This document shows, piece after piece, positions 14,666 to 25,890 of a stretch of DNA of 64,000 nucleotides. Under the pieces are notes generated by a model. It saw only the letters and a list, made by a program, of their open reading frames with translations. It searched no databases and was not told where the DNA came from. The first letter of the stretch is position 1, and every line of letters begins with the position of its first letter. The DNA is from Octopus sinensis (taxonomy: Eukaryota): the NCBI RefSeq assembly GCF_006345805.1, contig NC_043024.1, forward strand, positions 11,098,001-11,162,000, read 5' to 3'. The translations under genes and the position numbers were made by a program.

Positions 14666-15409
14666 ATATGTATGTACACATACACACACGCAAGCGTGTT
14701 GTGTTCTTGAGCAAGACACTTATGATGTGTGTGTATTCATTCCTCACTTCACTGCTTGACAGCTGGGGTGGGTTTGTTTGCATCCCCCACGACCTAGCAA
14801 TTCAACATATAAAAGAATGATAAATTAAGTACTGGACTTGAAAATAACTGTTGGGGTTGATTTATTCTATCAACTAAACTCCTCAAGGCAATGCTCCAGC
14901 ATGGCCGCAGTCAAATGAACTGAAACCAGTAGAGGATGAAAGATCTGCGATACCTTATCAAGGTTAGAATACCAATATGCAACCCTTGGCAGGTTTTGTT
15001 TGTTTAGTTGGAAGAGGAAAGGTCACGTTGACCTTTGCGGAATCTGATCTTTGAACATCATGGAATATTGCTGAATACAAAGAATTTTATCTGATTCTCT
15101 AAAAATTCTGCCAATTTTGCTGTTGTTGTTTAGTTCCAGCTTATTCTAGGGGTCAAAGACATTCCACCCATGACTGTCCTGTCTTCTTGGGAATGTTTTA
15201 TGGAATATTGTAGAGTTTAACCCTTTCGTTACTGTATTTATTTTGAGATGCTCTGTGTTTGTTTCAATTTATTTTAAATATAACAAAGAATTTAGTAAAA
15301 GAACAAAAAAAAAGAAATTAAAAAAAAAGAAAAAGAAAAGGAAAAGGAACAAAAGAAAAGAGAAATGAAAAAAGGGGAAAGAAAGGGGAAGAGGAAAAAA
15401 ACGATAGAG

Positions 15410-15980
<571 letters not shown>

Positions 15981-16337
15981 GTTTCTTTATTAGCCACACA
16001 GGGCTGCACACAGATGGGACAAATTACAAGGTAGAGCTTTTCTTTTGGGGGATGAAAAAAAAAGTGAGGTATGTTTTCGATCAAAAGGAATCGTAAAAGG
16101 GAAAAAAGAAAGATAGATAGATAGATAGATAGGTTGATGGGTAGATATAGATAGACAGAATAATAGATAGGTAGATGTGTGTGTTTGTCCCCCACCACCG
16201 CTTGATAATTGAGAACCGTTGTTGGTTTGTTTAAGTTCCCGTATCGTCACTGAAACCAGTAGAATAAATACCAAGCTTTTCTTTTTTTGCAAGCAATAGT
16301 AAATCTCTGAACGAGGTATAAACAGTAACTGCACGAC

Positions 16338-16486
16338 AATGTGAAGTATATTTGCCATCTCAATATGGCTAACTCCTAAGGGTGGGTGTTACTGTAGCTT
16401 AGACGATGTTCTCCTGGGGCTACAAGCTACAGTAACACCCACCCTTAGGAGTTAGCCATATTGAGATGGCTAGTATACCTCACATT
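16338..16486. repeat. Inverted repeat: perfect 47-bp arms (63 bp with 3 mismatches), 23-nt spacer
   Basis: 16354-16400 is the exact reverse complement of 16424-16470. Confidence 0.95.
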
Positions 16487-16512
16487 TTCTTTTTTTGTTT
16501 CCGTTTTAGAAT

Positions 16513-16922
16513 AGGCGCAGGAGTGGGTGTGTGGTAAGTAGCTTGTTTACCAACCACATGGTTCTGGGTTCAGTCCCACTGCGTGGCATCTTGGGCAAGT
16601 GTCTTCTGCCATAGCCCCGGGCCGACCAATGCCTTGTGAGTGGATTTGGTAGACGGAAACTGAAAGAAGCCTGTCGTATATATGTATATATATATATGTG
16701 TGTGTGTGTGTTTGTGTGTCTGTGTTTGTCCTCCTAGCATTGCTTGACAACCGATGCTGGTGTGCTTACGTCCCCGTTACTTAGCGGTTCGGCAAAAGAG
16801 ACCGATAGAATAAGTACTGGGCTTACAAAGAATAAGTCCCGGGGTCGATTTGCTCGACTAAAGGCGGTGCTGCAGCATGGCCACTGTCAAATGACTGAAA
16901 CAAGTAAAAGAGTAAAGAGTAA
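16513..16922 (+). mobile_element. Most abundant SINE family (head ggcgcaggagtggctgtgtggtaag; central microsatellite; (aaagagta)n tail)
   Basis: tRNA-like head, CORE-like accttgggcaagtgtctt segment. Further copies or fragments at about 395-590, 972-1445, 8228-8625, 9850-10500, 12828-13225, 13745-14150, 32920-33080, 38921-39206, 46625-47215, 54185-54480 and 60770-61020. Confidence 0.85.
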
Positions 16923-17562
16923 ACCCTTCAAGGTGGCACCTAAGCATTCCCGCGCTCCAATAACCGAAACCAGTAAAAGATACAGCTGTTATTTCTAGCA
17001 AATGGGATGACTGCACGGTGGCCCTTCACTGCCTTGTATCATATTGCTTTGAATAGGACGATGGAGGGACGGGGGAACTTTGGCATCCGGATTTTATTTC
17101 TTATCAAAGAGGAATAACTTTTACTTACCATAATGAGCAGAAAGGCTGGATTACTGGACTTGGTCTTCAAATTTATTCCCACTTCAACCTGGATATTCTT
17201 TTAGAAAAGGCTTCCCTGCGAGGGATACCATGAGGGGAAAGTCCCATGTGGGTTTTTGGCAGGGAAAGCCTGACTCTTTGTCGGTTTGTTCCGCACCAAA
17301 AGCCTGAAAATTGCTGATATGTATAATAGTGTTTTCTTTTAAGTATTCTTCGATACCTCGGCGAGGTACATTTTTAATTGGAAAAAATAATTAATTAATT
17401 AATTGAACAAAATGAATGTTAGACTTTCATGATAATTGCTTTAGAAGTTTAATTACTGGCCACATGTCCGTACTATTTAAGAAGTGTGAGCCCGGTGTGC
17501 GCACTCGCGTTAGCTAGTCGTGACTAGTCGATCCTTACTTTGTGTTTTTGTGTGTTGTTTTT

Positions 17563-17984
17563 TTTTACTTGTTTCAGTCATTTGACTGTGGCCATGCTGG
17601 AGCACCGCCTTCAGTCGAACCAATCGACCTCAGGTCTTATTCTTTGTAAGCCTGGTACTTATTCTATCGGTCTCTTTTGCCGAACCGCTAAGTAACGGGG
17701 ACATAAACACACCAGCATCGGTTGTCAAGCGATGTTGGGGGGACAAACGCAGACACACATACACACACGCATATTATATATGTGTATGTGTGTGTATGTT
17801 TGTCCCCCCAACATCGCTTGACAACCGATGTTGGTGTGTTCACGTCCCCCGTCACCTAGCGGTTCTGCAAAAGAGACCGATAGAATAAGTACTGGGCTTA
17901 CAAAGAATAAGTCCTGAGGTCGATTTGTTTGACTAAAGGCGGTGCTCCAGCATGGCCGCAGTCAAATGACTGAAACAAGTAAAA
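17563..17984. repeat. ~195-bp inverted pair of SINE 3' modules around a short TA/CA spacer
   Basis: ttttacttgtttcagtcatttgac...gggacaaac and gtttgtccc...gtcaaatgactgaaacaagtaaaa. Confidence 0.9.
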
Positions 17985-18019
17985 GAGAGTATGTGTGTGT
18001 GTGTGTGTGTGTGTGTCAG

Positions 18020-18200
18020 TGTGCGCATGCGTGTGTGTACGCACGTGGGTTTGTTTACGTCTCGCGATCGTCCTGGTTGTTGTTGCTTGTTGACAGTTTT
18101 CCGTCAATAAATCGCCCGCTTTTTTCGTGCCTTCGAAGCCGCACGGATTAAAGAATCCCCGTTTTTGGAAAAAACAAAAAAAAAGAAAAAACAGGTAAGA
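18020..18200 (+). promoter_or_regulatory. Candidate CpG-rich promoter and non-coding first exon of HO
   Basis: TGCGCATGCGT (NRF1-like, 18022), CACGTG (18042), TTGTTTAC (FoxO-type, 18051), TCTCGCGA (18060). Followed by ATG-free CpG-rich sequence ending in donor cag|GTAAGA (GT at 18195). Confidence 0.5.
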
Positions 18201-18424
18201 GTCAACGAGGAGAACGACGATATTTGGCTGTGAAAATGAGCTCAATAACTAATTCGTTTATCGCGCACAAACTTGGGAAAAGCGACCGTATAAATGAACC
18301 AACACACACACACGCGCATGCACACACATACACGCACATACACATACACACACACGCACACACATACACGCGCGCGCACATACATACACACACACACACA
18401 CACACACTCGAGTGAGTGGACAAA

Positions 18425-18855
18425 CGAAGCAGAATGCTTGGTTAGGGGCTCAACCTTCCGTGTTCTTTTACAGGACTTAGAAAAACTGAAGGACCCCTGC
18501 AATAAGTGTGTGAATCTGAGAGGGAAACATTTTGAATAAAATCATAATTAACTGATCCTCCTCTATTTTCTTTTACCCAAAACCAGGAACTTTTCAGCCT
18601 CACCCCTCATATATATATTTAAAATATATATATATGAGGGGGTACAGAAAATTCCCTGACTTTAAGGGTGTCGTTATATGCCTGGTTAGAGGCCAGATCT
18701 TCTGAGTTCTTTTACAGGGCTTAGAAAAACTGAAGGACCCCTGCAATAAGTGTGTGAATCTGAGAGGGGAATATGTTGAATAAAATCATAATTAATTGAT
18801 CCCCCTGTATTTTTCTTTTACCCAAAGCTAGGAACTGTTCAGCCTGATCCCTTTG
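18425..18855 (+). mobile_element. Two mariner-derived MITE pieces in the putative HO 5'UTR intron
   Basis: Both encode (G/D)LEKLKDPCNKCVNLRG..(V/F)E*, a mariner C-terminus. TIR-like ends tatgagggggtacagaaaattccc and ggaacttttcagcctcacccctcata. Confidence 0.65.
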
Positions 18856-18910
18856 TATAGTATCTATGTATGCATGCATGTATATATGCATTTCAGTGAC
18901 TCTGTATTTA

Positions 18911-18964
18911 TCCTTTTCTCTTTTCTCTTTTCTCTCTTTCAGCCATTAGCAGAAACATTGAAAG
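18911..18964 (+). other. Splice acceptor and 22-nt 5'UTR portion of the HO coding exon
   Basis: Long pyrimidine tract tccttttctcttttctcttttctctctttcAG (AG at 18941-18942); exon starts 18943, ATG at 18965. Confidence 0.75.
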
Positions 18965-19714
18965 ATGGCAGCCGTTGAGAGTTTGAGCATCCACGACTCA
19001 TTGAAAACCGGAGTAGCGAAAGAGCACGAGGAAGCCGAAAATGGCATTTTCACTCAGTCGATTATGAAAGGGACTGTGACCCCTGCTATCTACCGCCAGT
19101 TCCTTGCAGAACTTTACGAAATCTACAAGGCAATCGAAGAAGCGGCCGAACTCAACAAAGAACACGAGACATTCGGAATGACACATTTCCCGACCGAGTT
19201 CAACCGTGTTGGAGCAATTGAGAAGGATCTGGAGTATTACTATGGCGCCAACTGGAAAGAAGAAGCAAAGAGTCAAGCGCCGACGACAACTAAATACGTG
19301 GCCAGAATAAAAGAGGTGGGCAAAACTAACCCGACTCTGTTGATTGCTCACTGCTACGTGCGGTACCTTGGTGACATGTCGGGCGGCCGGCAAATAAAGT
19401 ACAAATTGATGAAGCATTTTAATTTGGGTTCTTCGGACGATGGCATTGCGTTCTTTGTCTTTGACCAGATCGACAACGTGGCCCACTTCAAGGAGTATTA
19501 TTTCGGCCGCATGAATTCCATCAACATTGACGACGACCAACTGGCAGAGCTGGTTGCCGAAGCAAAGAAAGCGTTCCAGTTCAATATCGATCTCTTTAAG
19601 GACATGAATGATTTTGTTCAGAAAATGAAATTGCCCCAAGAAAATATTTCTAGCGATCCATCGAAGATGGAAACGTTTTATAATCATTTCAAAAGTCTAT
19701 TCAGTTCCTCATAA
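18965..19714 (+). CDS. HMOX: Heme oxygenase (HO-1/HO-2 family), 249 aa, single coding exon, no C-terminal transmembrane anchor
   Basis: Proximal heme ligand motif KEHEEAEN (His21, equivalent to HO-1 His25). Distal helix HCYVRYLGDMSGG (HO-1 HAYTRYLGDLSGG; catalytic Asp137). Also FP.EF.R..AIEKDLEYYYG.NW, GIAFFVF and EAKKAFQFNI.LF, all colinear with HO-1. ATG in context aaagATGg. Confidence 0.96.
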   Translation: MAAVESLSIHDSLKTGVAKEHEEAENGIFTQSIMKGTVTPAIYRQFLAELYEIYKAIEEAAELNKEHETFGMTHFPTEFNRVGAIEKDLEYYYGANWKEEAKSQAPTTTKYVARIKEVGKTNPTLLIAHCYVRYLGDMSGGRQIKYKLMKHFNLGSSDDGIAFFVFDQIDNVAHFKEYYFGRMNSINIDDDQLAELVAEAKKAFQFNIDLFKDMNDFVQKMKLPQENISSDPSKMETFYNHFKSLFSSS

Positions 19715-20198
19715 TGAGCTGTGATCCATTCTGTTGACTTCTAATTATTTTTTCCACCCTCCCATAGTTTAAGATTATTTCCTCAAAGCTTCCACAAATG
19801 TGATAAGGAAAAGAGAGAAAAATAAACTCAAAATATGGTTCAGTGCTCTTCATTTTTTTTTCGTAAAGAAACCTGTCTTCCTATTAAAAAAAATTGCGAA
19901 TGGGATATTCGTTAATAATAATATTCGTTAATGGGGTATTCGTTAATAAAAGTAGAGTTAAATTTATTAGGAAAATAAATTTGTTTTACACAAGGACTTC
20001 AAGTTTTATCTGACAGCTTGTTTGACTGGTGTTTTTTTTTTTATGTCACAGTCAAACCTAGTTCAATGCTGCATGTCAGTGTGTGTGTGTGTGTGTGTGT
20101 TCTTGTGCATGTATATATATGTTAATATATTTATGTAGTATATATATATATATTTTTTTTTTAAAAAGGAGATGTGGAACACGAGTTGTGATATATAA

Positions 20199-20440
20199 AA
20201 AAGGAAATGAAGAAAATGCTGACAAAATAACTTAAGTAATTTAATTAGGTGAAAGTTCTTTTTACCGGTTGTGCATTTGTTATGCTTATCAAAAGATAAT
20301 TTTTTTAAGAGAGATAGACTTCTTTTCTGATAGATTTTTTCCTCTTATCTGACTTTATGTTGGGTTTGCTAGAACTTTCACCTAATTAAATTACTTAAAT
20401 TACTTAAATTATTTTGTCAGCATTTTCTTCATTTCCTTTT
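20199..20440. repeat. AT-rich inverted repeat (61/70-bp arms, 111-bp spacer) downstream of HO
   Basis: 20199-20259 vs 20371-20440: one mismatch and one 9-nt duplication. Confidence 0.9.
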
Positions 20441-20446
20441 ATTATA

Positions 20447-20484
<38 letters not shown>

Positions 20485-20738
20485 TATATATATCTGAATA
20501 GAAATATGTATACACACGTTCTATATATATATATATATATATCATCATTTAAAACGGATGTTAAACGACAATATATATATATATATGAATGTGTGTATAC
20601 ATATTTCTATTCAGATATATATATATATATATATATACTACATAAATATACTGACATATGAATACATATATACATGCACAAGAATACACACACATTCATA
20701 TATATATATATCATCATTTAAAACGGATGTTAAACGAT

Positions 20739-20777
<39 letters not shown>

Positions 20778-20823
20778 CTATGCATATGTGTATATATGCA
20801 TATATATTATATATCTGTATGTA

Positions 20824-20906
<83 letters not shown>

Positions 20907-20908
20907 AC

Positions 20909-20951
<43 letters not shown>

Positions 20952-21448
20952 ATATACAAACTTACATAAAATTTCACAGAATTTCTAGAAAAACCTTTTT
21001 AGACTTCAAACTTTTCTCATTCCTGTTTTTCAATCTTCCTCTCTTCTATTAAAACTGCTTCTTCACATTTTCACCTTTTTATCCTGACCCCCACGTTGAC
21101 ATCCCTTTGACTAAGTATGAGACGTTACGGCACAGCCGTTTCAGCACTGCCTCTTTGGCGTCACTGATTCGATGCTGACTTATTTGACATCGGATTTTCC
21201 AACCCTTTAGCATTCAGATTATCCTCTCAAATGCAATGCTTATATATTCATATTGTTTTGAAATAATCGTGTAGTTATCTTCTAGATTTAAAATATCGGT
21301 GGTGTGGCTGTTTATTTTTAGAATGACGTTGTAGGGTAGGTGTGAGAGGCTGGATCTGGCTGGTTTGAACATAAAAATGGATAGAATATTTGGGTTGGTT
21401 TCTCTTGTCCGCTGCCCCCCTCTCCGTTTATGTGAGAGGACATATTTT

Positions 21449-21864
21449 GGATCTTTTCGGTTTGAACGGCAGTTTTTTCTAGCGGCGTCATATGGAATTG
21501 TCACCCATAATTATGACCCTAGTATTGATCTATTGCATTTCAATCTATTTTAGGGTTAGGGTTGGGGGGAAGGGTATCTTTCTTTTCTTCACAAATGTAA
21601 ATAAACCCAATCTGTTTCTTAAACAAGGGACATATTCATACGGCACAGAATGTTTTTTTACCTAAATAGATGTCATTGATTGGTTGAAATTGCAGAAATT
21701 GAAGAAAAAACAACAACAAATAGCTTACAAACTATAGAATTTTCTCAATAAAGCCAAGAGAAAAAGATGTTTTATAAACACATTCTAACAGTATACGAAG
21801 TTTAAAATTGTTTAGTTATCTAGAAATTATTTTTAAAAACTGCCGTTCAAACCGAAAAGATCCC
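21449..21864. mobile_element. MITE with 28-bp TIRs
   Basis: ggatcttttcggtttgaacggcagtttt / aaaactgccgttcaaaccgaaaagatcc(c), flanked by direct repeat atatttt (6-7 bp). Confidence 0.75.
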
Positions 21865-22544
21865 ATATTTTTCCTTACGTGACAGAGGAGAGAGAAAGTG
21901 TCTGTAAATCGTATTTGCAATTGTATAGTCTCTCCTTTTCACTCTCTCTCCCTGTTTATGAAGAGAAGGAAAGTCTATGTCAGCTGTGTTCAGTTAATAA
22001 ATTGTAATATGTCTCTCCCTCCCCCTTTCTCTCTGCATGTGTATGTGTGGGAGTCATTGTCTCCAGTGCCAAAAAGCACTGTAGGCAAAACAGGTCCAGC
22101 GTCCAGTCAGCCATGCCAAATTGCCAATGTCCTAAAAAGCTGTGCCCAATCATCTCATCCTGACCTTGACCACATCGTGGACACACTCTTTGACTACTGT
22201 ATATACACTCATCTACAAGTATTATCTTTTAAGTGATGTTGATAAAAATAGTAATAATAATACTATTCGGTGATTGGACAATATGTGACTACGAATATAT
22301 ATAAATTTATATATTTTAATAAATCATTTTTAAAAAATTTAGATTTTTGTTTTTAATTGTGACTTAATTCTAATTTAATAAATGTTAGTTTGTTTTTTTA
22401 AAAGCATTGTAGTACAGAAAAAGAAAAGCATGGAAAGTTGCTAACAATGCTGAAAATTTTACAAAAACCTTTATTTTTCAGGCACAAGGGTCCACCCTGA
22501 GAAGGAAGCAGTCCTAAAAATGTCTAGTTATATTGATGTCTTTA

Positions 22545-23728
22545 TCTCTCTCTATATAAAGCTGAAGTTGTCCATGTGTGTATGGTAGGTTTGGTAGCCT
22601 TCAACTAACACTATCTCCTCCGAGACCCTGCGGCACAAGGTGACCAAAATTGAAAGTATGATAGAAGAAGGCTTGCTCTTCCTTCCGTAGAAGATAAAAT
22701 TCAAATTGGACCATGTTAAGACCAAAAATTATTTACATCAAAAAGGTGCTTTTTTTCTATGAAAATCCCTATTTTTTACGATTTTTTGACTGCTCTGTCG
22801 CCATTTTTCGGTGTATTTCAACCAGAAAAATGTTCACTTAAAGAGAATAACAAGCTACATAATGCAAAATTTTTACTTTTCAAAAATTCCAATTCTTAAG
22901 GGTCGAAACAAACCCGAGCAACGTCGGGCGATACTGCTAGTCTCTCTATATATAAAGCTGAAGTTGTCTGTGTGTGGCAGGTTGGTAGCCTTCAACTAAC
23001 ACTATCCCTCCAAGACCCTGCGGCACAAGGTGACCAAAATTGAAAGTATGATAGAAGAAGGCTTGCTCTTCCTTCCGTAGAAGATAAAATTCAAATTGGA
23101 CCATGTTAAGACCAAAAATTATTTACATCAAAAAGGTGCTTTTTTTCTATGAAAATCCCTATTTTTTACGATTTTTTGACTGCTGTGTCGCCATTTTTCG
23201 GTGTATTTCAACCAGAAAAATGTTCACTTAAAGAGAATAACAAGCTACATAATGCAAAATTTTTACTTTTCAAAAATTCCAATTCTTAAGGGTCGAAACA
23301 AACCCGAGCAACGTCGGGCGATACTGCTAGTCTCTCTATATATAAAGCTGAAGTTGTCTGTGTGTGGCAGGTTTGGTAGCCTTCAACTAACACTATCTCC
23401 TCCAAGACCCTGCGGCACAAGGTGACCAAAATTGAAAGTATGATAGAAGAAGGCTTGCTCTTCCTTCCGTAGAAGATAAAATTCAAATTGGACCATGTTA
23501 AGACCAAAAATTATTTACATCAAAAAGGTGCTTTTTTTCTATGAAAATCCCTATTTTTTACGATTTTTTGACTGCTGTGTCGCCATTTTTCGGTGCATTT
23601 CAACCAGAAAAATGTTCACTTAAAGAGAATAACAAGCTACATAATGCAAAATTTTTACTTTTCAAAAATTCCAATTCTAAAGGGTCGAAAAGAAAACAAG
23701 CCCGAGCAACGCTGGGCTATACTGCTAG
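22545..23728 (+). mobile_element. Three head-to-tail copies of a ~390-bp non-autonomous Helitron
   Basis: Units 22545-22940, 22941-23330, 23331-23728. CTAG|TC junctions, A|T flanks, terminal hairpin in every unit. Confidence 0.85.
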
Positions 23729-24066
23729 TTATTTCTAAAAGAGGTTTTAAAAAAAAAATTTTTGCGGGAAACGGTTAGTCGACGAGACAAACTTTTATAT
23801 GCATGTATGTATGTATGTATGTATGTATGTATGTATGCATGTATGTATGTATGCATGTATGTGTGTATGTATGTATATATGTATGCATATATGTATGTAT
23901 GTATGTACGTATGTATGTATGCATGTATGTATATATGAATGCATGTATGTATGTATATGATGGGCTTCTTTCAATTTCCACCTCCCAAATCCACTCACAA
24001 GGCTTGCCTAAGGTGCCACACAGTGGAAATGAACCCAAAACCATGTGGTTTGGAAGCAGCTTCTTA

Positions 24067-24662
24067 TTTCTTTACTACCCACAAGGGGCTAAACACTGAG
24101 AGGACAAACAAGGACAGACAGACGGATTAAGTCGATTATATCGACCCCAGTGCGTAACTGGTACTTATTTAATCGACCCCAAAAGGATGAAAGGCAAAGC
24201 CGACTTCAGCGGAATTTGAACTCAGAACGTAGCAGCAGACGAAATACCTGTTTCTTTACTACCCACAAGGGGATAAACACAGAGAGGACAAACAAGGACA
24301 GACAGACGGATTAAGTCGATTATATCGACCCCAGTGCGTAACTGGTACTTATTTAATCGACCCCAAAAGGATGAAAGGCAAAGCCGACTTCGGCGGAATT
24401 TGAACTCAGAACGTAGCAGCAGACGAAATACCTGTTTCTTTACTACCCACAAGGGGATAAACACAGAGAGGACAAACAAGGACAGACAAACGGATTAAGT
24501 CGATTACATCGACCCCAGTGTGTAACTGGTACTTATTTAATCGACCCCGAAAGGATGAAAGACAAAGTCGACCTCGGTGGAATTTGAACTCAGAACGTAG
24601 CGGCAGACGAAATACCACTAAGATTTTCACCTGTCACGGTAACATTTCTGCCAGCTCGCTGC
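24067..24662 (-). repeat. Same SINE family as one head plus three 184-bp tandem units
   Basis: Repeat starts at 24067, 24251, 24435; head (ctgccagctcgc) at about 24640-24662. Confidence 0.9.
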
Positions 24663-25437
24663 AAGCTTCTTACCACCCAGCCACACCTGTATGTATATAT
24701 CTTTATACACATACAACCATATGTATATCAACACAGACCAAGCCCACACATCCAAATTTCCATGCATGCCCATCACATCTATGCATACTTAGATGCATTC
24801 CCACACACACACACACACACACCATTATGTCTTTCATGTTCGTTTTAATTAGGCATGCTCTAGTACATGCAATCACCTTGTTAATTAGTCACAGTTGTCA
24901 GATTTGTGTGTGGTGCCACTGTCGGCAGGACCTCCTCCTTCTCCCCACCCCACCTCCATCACCATGACTACTAACGACAACAGTGTCAAGAGTGACAATT
25001 GCAGCAATAACGATCTCATTAATTTTGTTAATTGCCCATTTCTGCTTCTACCCAGCATACCCGAGACATCTGTCTCCACTCCTTTCACTTCACCCATAAT
25101 ACAAATCACAAGTACCCCCTCACCTGGAATCCACCCAAGGCCTCTGTCTTTTTCACAAATCACACCTTGCAAATTTTTATTCTCTAGGTTGTCAACCTCA
25201 AAATATTCCTTTGTGACCCCTGCATTTTGGGCTTATAAAATGACAAAACTTGCACCCTGCTAAAATAAGAAGAAATCGGGGGAAAAATAGACAGCTTGAG
25301 AGCCATTTAGTTAAAAATACATTGTCTATCTTTTACCGGTTTCAATCATTGGATTGCAGCCAAACTGAGGCACCACCTCAATGAGTTTAGTCTTACAATC
25401 AAAATCAGACATATTCAAGTTGTCATTTTAAATAATT

Positions 25438-25890
25438 ACCGTAAATCCTCGAGTATAATCCGCATTTTTTTCCCAAAATTTAACGGTCAAAATCCCTACG
25501 GCGTACTATATACGAGGTTAAAAAAGAAAAATATTTTCTAAGCAATGTCCGAGTTTCTGTTTGCTGTCCGGCAATGTTTATTCAGACGCATTTTGTGATG
25601 TCGGACGCGAAAATACCTTAAACTAAGCCTGAAAGCAATGAAGTCATAAAAGAATCATCCATAACTTGCAGTAAGCAACATTTATTAAACATTATTACTG
25701 TTATTTCTTTATTTTCTGCAAACAAAATGCACAAAAAAGCTACACGTTTGCATTATGTTATATATACAATATTATAAATAAAGGACGTTATATTGTATAT
25801 ATAACAGTTTTACAAACCAAGGACATTATATAGACCTCCTTGACTCAAGTTAGAGAAGGGGTGCGTATTATACACAAGGTTTAGGTTTTT
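25438..25890. mobile_element. Tc1/pogo-like non-autonomous DNA transposon fragment
   Basis: Left end taccgtaaatcctcgagtataatccgca and an imperfect inverted copy tgcgtattatacacaagg near 25863. Confidence 0.4.

Noticed and set aside
18998-19687. 229-aa minus-strand ORF
   Set aside because: Antisense shadow of the heme oxygenase CDS with no recognisable motifs.
21550-21562. ttagggttaggg telomere-like motif
   Set aside because: Only two units, inside a MITE; not an interstitial telomere array.
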